This document shows positions 57,191 through 64,000 of a stretch of 64,000 bases of DNA, piece by piece. How positions within the stretch are numbered: position 1 is the first letter of the stretch; each line of letters begins with the position of its first letter. The translations under genes and the position numbers were made by a program. The stretch covers positions 15,627-79,626 of the forward strand of contig CACMYW010000001.1 in assembly GCA_902617955.1 (NCBI GenBank). Reading direction: 5' to 3'. Origin of the DNA: an uncultured SAR86 cluster bacterium (lineage in GTDB: Bacteria > Pseudomonadota > Gammaproteobacteria > Magnimaribacterales > D2472). The notes below the pieces were generated by a model. It saw only the letters and a list, made by a program, of their open reading frames with translations. It was not told where the DNA came from and searched no databases.

Positions 57191-58146
57191 ATTTTACTAA
57201 CCTTTTTTGCAGAGCTTTCCACTGTATAGGATTCAAATATTCGCTCCTTAATTGCACTTACATTAAGACTTTTTGCTAGGGGCACAAAACTTCTTATTAA
57301 AAAAATAATCTCATCTTCATTATTGGGATCAGCTAAGACCTCTTGCGGAAATAATTCACCCATAATACCTACATTGGTTCCAAATACTGGTAAGTTAAAA
57401 GCCGCTGCCTCTAGAGCAACTCTGGGCCCTCCCTCTCTTAAGCTGGTAATAATTAAACCTTTTGCTTTTTTATAAATATTACCCAGTTCCTGGGAATTGA
57501 CCTCTGATCTGATGGTGATTTGTTTGGCTAGGTTGTTATTCTCAATGATAGTTAGCAAGTTATTTTTTTCTTGGCCATCTCCGATGATTTCAAGTTTTTC
57601 ATTGATACCTTTCCATGCGTGAATCAATAAATCAAATCGCTTAATTTTTTCCAGCCTTCCAACCGCAATAAAGTTTCCATCTCTCGAGGAATTAAGTATT
57701 TGTAATTTCGGATTTACCCAATTAGCTATTACCTCTGCTTCAGGATAAGTTTTCTTTAAGAGCTCATTTACAATAATTGTTTTCCTAAAGCCATTTGTAG
57801 CAACAGGTCTTTTTTTGTTGGCATGAACTGTTGCAATTAATTCTACTTTTGTAACCCAGCTTACCCATCGACCTAAGAGGATTGATTTTGAACCATGGCA
57901 GTGAAGTATTTGAATTTTATGATCTTTTATTAATTTTCGAAGTTTGAAAAGAGCAAAGAGATTGAACCTGAATTTATTTGGAAATACCTGGAATCTATGA
58001 TTTTGAAAATGAGGCTCTAACGTTTTATCTGCAAAGATAAAAATTTCATAATCAGAATTATTTGCTAGTGTTGATGTTAATTCATGAACATGTTGCTCAA
58101 TGCCTGAAAAATTTTTGCTACAAATTAAATGCGCAATGTTATTCAT
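57160..58146 (-). CDS. Glycosyltransferase family 4
   Basis: GT-B fold with Ex7E motif EGGPRVALE. Its 3' end overlaps the convergent GT4 gene by 31 nt. Confidence 0.8.
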   Translation of the reverse strand: MNNIAHLICSKNFSGIEQHVHELTSTLANNSDYEIFIFADKTLEPHFQNHRFQVFPNKFRFNLFALFKLRKLIKDHKIQILHCHGSKSILLGRWVSWVTKVELIATVHANKKRPVATNGFRKTIIVNELLKKTYPEAEVIANWVNPKLQILNSSRDGNFIAVGRLEKIKRFDLLIHAWKGINEKLEIIGDGQEKNNLLTIIENNNLAKQITIRSEVNSQELGNIYKKAKGLIITSLREGGPRVALEAAAFNLPVFGTNVGIMGELFPQEVLADPNNEDEIIFLIRSFVPLAKSLNVSAIKERIFESYTVESSAKKVSKIYNSVLSNSL

Positions 58147-59062
58147 TTATTAGTCTTTTAATTTTGAAAGCAATTTTCTCGACTTCAGCTAATGGCTCGA
58201 AACCTGGATTTGGAGATATCATATGACTGATTTCACCCGATTGATCAAATACATCTCTTTTTTGAACAATACCAATGCGTTTTTCATTAAGTAATTCATT
58301 GCTAATTCTTTGATGCTTATTACTTTTAATTCTGAACCAAGGTTTTTTAGAAGATTTGCTGGTTTGCAATAAATAAGTATCACCGTAACTGGATAGGCTC
58401 TCAAATATCATGCTAATGCTGTCAGGTGTAATGAACTTTTTCGAAGCCAAGACAAGGTTTGCGTTAAAAAAATTAAAATCAGTATCCTTAGAGTCATGCA
58501 GTTTAATATTTTTAAAACAAGAAATTTCAGACCATACATCATCGGGCGTTCTTCTCGAATTAAAAATAGAAATTTTAAACTTTTGGTGTGTATCAATGAT
58601 GTATTTTAAATTATCTATTAAGATCCTTTTTTCAAACGGCACATTATTTATTGGACCGCCAATGCATGCCACAAGTTTATTATTTTCAGGTTTATGAAGG
58701 GATGTTTTACAAAGGCTACCTTTAAACAGCAAGGAGTTTATTGGCATCTTTCTATCGTGGTAGTCATGTTCTGGGGCTACAACTAGATCAAACTTTTTAG
58801 CATTAAAAGTTGGCCTAAGAACAGCGATAATAGTAGTATCATGAGAGTTAGAGAGTAGTTTTTTTTGTTGCAGTAATGCTTTATGCGCTCTATGCCCAAC
58901 CCCTATTAAGATCAGCCTATTTGAGCTTGGTTTAAGTTTGTCTAAGTTGTCTATAGAGCATTCTGATGATACACAATTAAGCTCATTAACAAGAGATTGA
59001 AAGAGAATATTTCCTTGGTTAGAATGACCTGGCCTTTGGTCAAATATATGAATAACTTCCAT
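58139..59062 (-). CDS. ELM1/DUF1022-family protein (putative glycosyl/nucleotide-sugar enzyme)
   Basis: The N-terminus FDQRPGHSNQGN and the internal ACIGGP resemble bacterial ELM1-family proteins found next to LPS-core GT genes. Assigned from memory of the family. Confidence 0.45.
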   Translation of the reverse strand: MEVIHIFDQRPGHSNQGNILFQSLVNELNCVSSECSIDNLDKLKPSSNRLILIGVGHRAHKALLQQKKLLSNSHDTTIIAVLRPTFNAKKFDLVVAPEHDYHDRKMPINSLLFKGSLCKTSLHKPENNKLVACIGGPINNVPFEKRILIDNLKYIIDTHQKFKISIFNSRRTPDDVWSEISCFKNIKLHDSKDTDFNFFNANLVLASKKFITPDSISMIFESLSSYGDTYLLQTSKSSKKPWFRIKSNKHQRISNELLNEKRIGIVQKRDVFDQSGEISHMISPNPGFEPLAEVEKIAFKIKRLINE

Positions 59063-59117
59063 GCAATTGTTACATTGTTGTTTTACTAATGCCTTAAATT
59101 AACCTTACTATTCTACT

Positions 59118-59891
59118 ATGTCCAAACTTAAGTTTCGCTCAATATTTCTCTCAGATATTCATTTGGGCTCAAAAGGGTGCCAATCAAAGCTCCTGCTTGA
59201 TTTTCTAGATAAGCATTCTTGTGAAAACTTATTTTTAGTAGGAGACATCATAGATTGCTGGAGATTGTCTTCAAAACTTTATTGGCCGCAAGAACATAGC
59301 AATGTATTCAATAAGTTCTTATCGATGTCTAAAGAGGGTACAAAAGTTTTCTTTATTACCGGCAACCATGATGATTTTTTAAGGAGATATCAACCTCTTC
59401 AATTAGGCAATATCGAATTAACTGAAGAATATGAATATCAAACTCTCAAAAATAAAAAAATGTTAATCATACATGGGGATCAATTTGATATTGTCACTAC
59501 TTATGGAAGGCATTTGGCTTTGCTAGGAGATTGGATTTATCAGTTTTTACTTGTCTTGAACCGCTACCTTAATTTCTTTAGATCAAGGCTTGGGTATGGT
59601 TACTGGTCTCTTTCAAATTATTTGAAACAGAAAGTTAAGGGTGCAGTAAATTTTATGTCTGATTATGAGATAAATGTTTCAAAGGAGTGTCAACGCAGAG
59701 GTTTTGATGGCGTTGTGTGTGGGCATATTCATAAAGCAGAAATTAAAAAAATTGAAACTTCTACTTACATGAATTGTGGTGATTGGGTTGAATCATGTAC
59801 CGCTCTCATTGAAGATGAGTCTGGAGATTTTAAAATTATCAGATGGGCTGACGAGCAAAGAGAAAAGATAAGATTACTCAAAGCCTCATGA
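59118..59891 (+). CDS. plcP: PlcP-type metallophosphoesterase (phospholipase C of phosphate-stress lipid remodelling; often mis-annotated LpxH)
   Basis: Metallophosphoesterase motifs SDIHLG, GDIID, GNHD, HGD and GHIH, plus the PlcP-type blocks GCQS..LLDFL, YWSLSNYLKQKVK and GDWVESCTAL. An ATGA overlap couples it to a GT4 gene. Confidence 0.7.
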   Translation: MSKLKFRSIFLSDIHLGSKGCQSKLLLDFLDKHSCENLFLVGDIIDCWRLSSKLYWPQEHSNVFNKFLSMSKEGTKVFFITGNHDDFLRRYQPLQLGNIELTEEYEYQTLKNKKMLIIHGDQFDIVTTYGRHLALLGDWIYQFLLVLNRYLNFFRSRLGYGYWSLSNYLKQKVKGAVNFMSDYEINVSKECQRRGFDGVVCGHIHKAEIKKIETSTYMNCGDWVESCTALIEDESGDFKIIRWADEQREKIRLLKAS

Positions 59892-60931
59892 AGATTTTAA
59901 TAATTACAGATGCTTGGTTTCCTCAGGTTAATGGAGTTGTCACCACATTATCTAATGTTACTTACCAATTAAGATCAAAAGGTCATTTAGTTGATATCAT
60001 TGAACCATCAAGATTTAAAACACTCCCACTTCCTGGTTATCGTGAGATAAGAATTAGCTTAAATCTAGGCGAATTGAAAAAAATTATTAAATTTAATAGG
60101 TACGATTCAATCCATATAGCTACTGAAGGACCTCTTGGCTTAATGGGGAGATATCTGTTAATTAAAAACAACCTTTCATTCACCACCGCAGTACATACAA
60201 AATTCCCAGAATATGTAAAAGCTAGAATCGGCTTACCTCTATCATGGGGTTATGGCTTGATGCGCTGGTTTCATGGTGCTGCTTTTCACAATCTAGTGAA
60301 TACTCAATCACACAAGGATGAATTAATATCATGGGACTTTAAGAATTTAGTTATGTGGGATAGAGCCATAGACCACACTATATTTAACGCAGATCATCCT
60401 AAGATTGAATTTTCTGAGCCCTACTTGCTTTATGCGGGTAGAATTGCAGTTGAAAAAAATATTGAATCTTTTTTAAAGCTGAAGACATCACAAAAGAAAG
60501 TAATAGTTGGCGATGGACCACAAAGGAAGGAACTTGAGAGGAAATATCCTGACGTAAAGTTTATAGGATATAAAAAAGATATCGAGCTAGCTAGGTGGTA
60601 TGCAGGTGCAGATGCCTTCGTTTTTCCCTCAAAAACAGATACATTCGGAATCGTTCTGCTTGAAGCATTAGCTTGCGGTACACCCATTGCTGCATATCCA
60701 GTAACCGGGCCCAAGGATTTAATTGTTAACGGAGTCAATGGATTTACTGATGATAACTTACTAAATGCAATTAATCAGGCTGTAAAAGTTTCTTCATCAG
60801 GTTGTATAGACTTTGCATCAAGCTTTACTTGGGATAAAGTTGCAGAACAATTTAAAAATGCATTAATTCCAAAAAGCCTTGAATCAAGTTACAAAAACAG
60901 CTCGAGACCTTATTTCTCAATATGGAGATGA
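59888..60931 (+). CDS. agt: Glycosyltransferase family 4, Agt-like (diacylglycerol glycosyltransferase)
   Basis: MKILIITDAWFPQVNGVV N-terminus and C-terminal TDTFGIVLLEALACG. Positioned immediately downstream of plcP. Confidence 0.65.
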   Translation: MKILIITDAWFPQVNGVVTTLSNVTYQLRSKGHLVDIIEPSRFKTLPLPGYREIRISLNLGELKKIIKFNRYDSIHIATEGPLGLMGRYLLIKNNLSFTTAVHTKFPEYVKARIGLPLSWGYGLMRWFHGAAFHNLVNTQSHKDELISWDFKNLVMWDRAIDHTIFNADHPKIEFSEPYLLYAGRIAVEKNIESFLKLKTSQKKVIVGDGPQRKELERKYPDVKFIGYKKDIELARWYAGADAFVFPSKTDTFGIVLLEALACGTPIAAYPVTGPKDLIVNGVNGFTDDNLLNAINQAVKVSSSGCIDFASSFTWDKVAEQFKNALIPKSLESSYKNSSRPYFSIWR

Positions 60932-61061
60932 TGCTGAATCTATAGCCATGCTAAGAGCAGCTGAGCATGCTGCAAACCTTAATCATTCTGAGTGGAAAAT
61001 ATGGGAGGAAGTTCTTAGTGTGGTTATTGAGCTACAAAATGCAAAACATTTAGATAGTTAA
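60879..61061 (+). CDS. Small conserved-looking hypothetical protein (60 aa)
   Basis: Helical-looking sequence (ARDLISQYGDDAESIAMLRAAEHA...WKIWEEVLSVVIELQ). It has a TTG start inside the agt 3' end, and its stop overlaps the rhomboid ATG (TAATG). Confidence 0.4.
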   Translation: MNQVTKTARDLISQYGDDAESIAMLRAAEHAANLNHSEWKIWEEVLSVVIELQNAKHLDS

Positions 61062-61816
61062 TGTTTTTCTTACCTCTTTTTGATGATAACCCAATAAAAA
61101 AAATACCTTGGGTAACTTATACAATTATTGGCTTAAATGTATTGGTATTTTTATTCCAGTCCAGTCTTAGCAGTAGCGAACTAGAAATATTTTTTAGAGA
61201 AAATGGATTTATCTCCGGAGAATTTTTCTCAAACTCAAGCCTGCTTTATTCAAATCTATACACATCCTTATTTATTCATGGGGGATTTTTTCATTTATTC
61301 TCAAATATGCTCTATTTATGGATTTTTGGCGATAATATTGAGGCTGAACTTGGATCAATTAAGTTTCTTATCTTTTACTTGGTCTGTGGCGTCATAGCCT
61401 CTATAGCCCAGGGAATCGTAGACCCTGATAGCTTAATACCTTTAATAGGCGCTAGTGGCGCAGTTGCCGGAATACTCGGTGCATATTTGATTTTATATCC
61501 AAGTGCAAATGTAAGAGTTTTTGTTTGGATTTTTATTTTTATCCAAATTATTAATGTCCCTGCCGGTATAGTTTTAGCAATATGGATTATTGGTCAGTTT
61601 TTTTCATTGGGATCCTCTATGTCCGATGGCGTTGCCTATATGGCACATGTTGCAGGATTCATGAGTGGCCTAATGTACATGTTTTTATTTAGGAAACGAG
61701 ATAAAGTTCAATCTACACATCACTCAAGGCCTTTTACAAGAACTTCTTTCAAGGAAGCCTATGATCAAAAGATTTATGATCGATCAAAATCAAAAGGTAT
61801 TAAGGATTACAACTAA
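61061..61816 (+). CDS. Rhomboid-family intramembrane serine protease
   Basis: Six TM segments, HxxxN (HLFSNM), catalytic GASGAVAG and a downstream His (AHVAGF). Confidence 0.88.
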   Translation: MFFLPLFDDNPIKKIPWVTYTIIGLNVLVFLFQSSLSSSELEIFFRENGFISGEFFSNSSLLYSNLYTSLFIHGGFFHLFSNMLYLWIFGDNIEAELGSIKFLIFYLVCGVIASIAQGIVDPDSLIPLIGASGAVAGILGAYLILYPSANVRVFVWIFIFIQIINVPAGIVLAIWIIGQFFSLGSSMSDGVAYMAHVAGFMSGLMYMFLFRKRDKVQSTHHSRPFTRTSFKEAYDQKIYDRSKSKGIKDYN

Positions 61817-61824
61817 TCCTTTTT

Positions 61825-62295
61825 ATGAAACCATCTTTTATCAAAACACCAATTGGAAGCTTTTTAGCTCATTTCAAGGATAGATACCTTATAAAATTGG
61901 AGTTGGTTAATTCAGATAAAAAATTATTTCTTGATCAAAATCTTCAAGAAACTATTAACCAGCTAACTAAAGGCAAGATTTCAGTTAACGAACTTCCTCT
62001 AAATATTAATAAATTAGAAGGGACTGAATTTCAAAAAAAAGTCTGGAAATCTCTTACTAAAATAAAATATGGAGGAACGTCTTCTTATAAGGAAGTAGCA
62101 GTATCCATTAATAATCCAAGTGCTGTTAGGGCAGTTGGCACAGCATGTAGATTAAATCCAATTCCGCTTATAATTCCATGTCATAGAGTATTAAGAACTG
62201 ATGGAAGTATCGGTAAATATGCTTTTGGAAAAAAAAATAAATACAAACTTTTAAAGCTAGAGAGTTATGAATCTCGAAACAGAAATAAGAAATAA
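61825..62295 (+). CDS. ogt: Methylated-DNA--protein-cysteine methyltransferase
   Basis: Active-site PCHRV and NPIPLIIPCHRVL. Confidence 0.9.
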   Translation: MKPSFIKTPIGSFLAHFKDRYLIKLELVNSDKKLFLDQNLQETINQLTKGKISVNELPLNINKLEGTEFQKKVWKSLTKIKYGGTSSYKEVAVSINNPSAVRAVGTACRLNPIPLIIPCHRVLRTDGSIGKYAFGKKNKYKLLKLESYESRNRNKK

Positions 62296-62566
62296 AGTCA
62301 TTGAAAAATTTCCCAATGCTATTTTAAACCTACAAAATGAAAGTCATATGCATTCGGTTCCAGAAAATTCTGAAACTCACTTTAAGTTAATTATTGCAGA
62401 TGATTCATTCATTGATACCCCTAGGGTTTTAAGGCATAAAATGGTCTTTTCTCAGCTTGGAGATTTAATGCAAAAATTTCATGCTCTTGCTCTTCATTGT
62501 TATACACATGAAGAACTCTCAAAACTAGAATCTGAGCCTGAGTCACCTGAGTGTGTAAAAAAATGA
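62267..62566 (+). CDS. bolA: BolA-family protein
   Basis: 99 aa with NESHMHSVP...HFKLIIADDSF...RHKMVF...HALALH, the BolA signature arrangement. Confidence 0.8.
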   Translation: MNLETEIRNKVIEKFPNAILNLQNESHMHSVPENSETHFKLIIADDSFIDTPRVLRHKMVFSQLGDLMQKFHALALHCYTHEELSKLESEPESPECVKK

Positions 62567-64000
62567 CGATTTTTAAACAAATTATTCAAAGACCAGTTGT
62601 CGGATTGCTGATGCTTTTACTTGGACTACTTCTTCTATTACCTGGACTGCAGAATTTTAAGCTTGATGCATCCTCAGAAGCATTAGTTATTCAGGGTGAT
62701 GAGGCATTTAAAACTTATAGAGAAGTTGGCAATACATTTGGTAACTCAGATTTTTTAATTGCAACCTTCACTCCAAATAATGATTTATTTGATCAACAAA
62801 CATTATCAGTTATTAAAAATCTAGAATCACAATTATTAGATTTAGAGGGCGTTTCTTCAGTTCTCTCTTTATTGGATGCACCTATTTTCTTTCAACCAAG
62901 AGTGGAGCTAAGTGAAATAGCAGATAACTTAAAGACACTTGAAGATCCTGCGGTAGATATTCAGCTTGCTAAAGAAGAAATTCTTGATAATCCCATCTAC
63001 TCAGAATTAATAATAAGTCCTGATGGAAAAACTACTGCTTTACAAATAGTTTTAGAAGAAAATCCAGAATACAGACCTTTAATAAATAAAAGATATGAAT
63101 TACTGGATAAAGTTCAAACACTTAGAGTTCAAGATGAGATAGATGAAATAAATTTAGCTATTTCTGAGATCAATGATCAGGAGTCAATAAAACAAAAGCA
63201 ATTAATTGAAAACGTAAGATCAGTTTTAAATGAATTTAGGTCTGAGGGGACAATTTTCCTTGGTGGAGCATCAATGATTGCGGTTGATATGATGTCATTT
63301 ATAGAATCTGATCTTAGGGTCTTTGGAATAGCAGTTGCAATTGTGTTTGGTCTTTTGTTGTTTACATTTTTTGGAAAAATAAGCTATGTATTCCTACCGC
63401 TTTCAAATGCTATAGTGGCAACAATTTTTACTGCTTCTTTTCTGGGTTTGGCAGGGTGGAAAATTAGTGTTGTTTCATCCAACTTTATTGCTCTTTTATT
63501 AATTCTTACTATCTCGTTAACTGTTCACGTTTTAGTAAGATTTAATGATCTTAGGCATGAGATGAATTCAGTGGATGATGCTATTGCAGAGGCATGCAAG
63601 CAAATGTTGTTTCCATGTTTTTTTGCCGCATTTACCACGGCAGTAGCCTTTATCTCATTAATTTTTGGAGAAATTAAACCCGTAATAGAGTTTGGGAAGA
63701 TGATGGCGGTCGGTATGATTTTTGCTTTTGTACTAACTTTCACTTTTTTACCAATGATGATGAAGATTTTAATCAACAGAAAAGCAAATGAGCCTGATTG
63801 GATTCAATCTGTGCCAGTTTTATTATCCAAATTTAGCCATTCTTCAAAGAATGGAATTTTTTTGGTATCTATCTTTTTGATGTGCGCATTAGTGTATGGG
63901 TTTTCACTGCTAAAAGTTGAGAATAGGTTCATCGATTATTTTTCAGATGATACTGAAATTTATCAAGGAATGTACTTGCTTGATAAAGAACTTGGAGGGA
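62563..64000 (+). CDS. RND-superfamily exporter (COG1033 / MMPL-SSD type), 3'-partial
   Basis: Absent from the ORF track because it has no stop in the window. I translated 479 uninterrupted codons from the ATG at 62563 (ATGA overlap with the bolA stop): MTIFKQIIQRPVVGLLMLLLG..., then a large periplasmic loop, then the TM bundle GGASMIAVDMMSFIESDLRVFG...TTAVAFISLIF. Confidence 0.8.
   Translation, partial: MTIFKQIIQRPVVGLLMLLLGLLLLLPGLQNFKLDASSEALVIQGDEAFKTYREVGNTFGNSDFLIATFTPNNDLFDQQTLSVIKNLESQLLDLEGVSSVLSLLDAPIFFQPRVELSEIADNLKTLEDPAVDIQLAKEEILDNPIYSELIISPDGKTTALQIVLEENPEYRPLINKRYELLDKVQTLRVQDEIDEINLAISEINDQESIKQKQLIENVRSVLNEFRSEGTIFLGGASMIAVDMMSFIESDLRVFGIAVAIVFGLLLFTFFGKISYVFLPLSNAIVATIFTASFLGLAGWKISVVSSNFIALLLILTISLTVHVLVRFNDLRHEMNSVDDAIAEACKQMLFPCFFAAFTTAVAFISLIFGEIKPVIEFGKMMAVGMIFAFVLTFTFLPMMMKILINRKANEPDWIQSVPVLLSKFSHSSKNGIFLVSIFLMCALVYGFSLLKVENRFIDYFSDDTEIYQGMYLLDKELGG

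Noticed and set aside
59118-59891. Annotation of this metallophosphoesterase as LpxH (UDP-2,3-diacylglucosamine diphosphatase).
   Set aside because: Apart from the generic metal-binding motifs, it does not resemble E. coli LpxH as I recall it. It carries PlcP-type blocks and is coupled to an Agt-like glycosyltransferase. Confirmation needs the genome-wide lpxH inventory.

Overview
This is an AT-rich, very gene-dense bacterial chromosome segment with about 55 CDS and 2 tRNAs. I saw no rRNA, CRISPR array, transposase, integrase or phage genes. The housekeeping synteny is gammaproteobacterial: tRNA-His/tig-clpP-clpX-lon-hupB-ppiD, fabI, and mltD-gloB/rnhA-dnaQ-gltX. Streamlining, low GC and five TonB-dependent receptor (TBDR) genes (about 14.5 kb, ~23% of the window) suggest a marine oligotroph of the SAR86 type; that is inference only. 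Four accessory-looking blocks stand out. (1) 11.0-24.2 kb holds three tandem ~1,000-aa TBDR paralogs, each with its own promoter and terminator, followed by an Opp/Dpp-type binding protein and two permeases with no ATPase genes. (2) 29.0-39.4 kb is a minus-strand locus: thiolase-like protein, secreted AbgB-like M20 amidohydrolase, TBDR, secreted alpha/beta-hydrolase-fold protein (Gly at the expected nucleophile Ser), DASS symporter, gamma-glutamyltranspeptidase and an EthD-like protein. (3) 41.5-53.0 kb is an oxygenase-rich catabolic cluster: OYE/FAD reductase, SnoaL-like, KshA-like Rieske oxygenase, acetoacetate-decarboxylase-family protein, SDR, P450, TBDR, glutaryl-CoA dehydrogenase and a DUF385/DDN-like protein. 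(4) 53.0-61.1 kb is a MacB-type tripartite ABC exporter operon preceded by a perfect 20-bp palindrome and running without spacer into a glycosyltransferase. It is followed by two more glycosyltransferase/ELM1-like genes and a PlcP-Agt phosphate-stress lipid-remodelling pair. I found no recognisable defence system, toxin-antitoxin pair or mobile element. The best candidates for undescribed biology are the TBDR-linked periplasmic-processing locus (block 2) and the exporter-glycolipid association (block 4); both rest on gene context only. Architecture is also notable. All eight convergent gene junctions have a spacer of 1 nt or less. Several operon-first genes have a -10 hexamer 6-8 nt from the start codon and no SD, which makes them candidate leaderless mRNAs. 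A 479-codon RND/MMPL ORF that is open to the right edge is missing from the ORF track.
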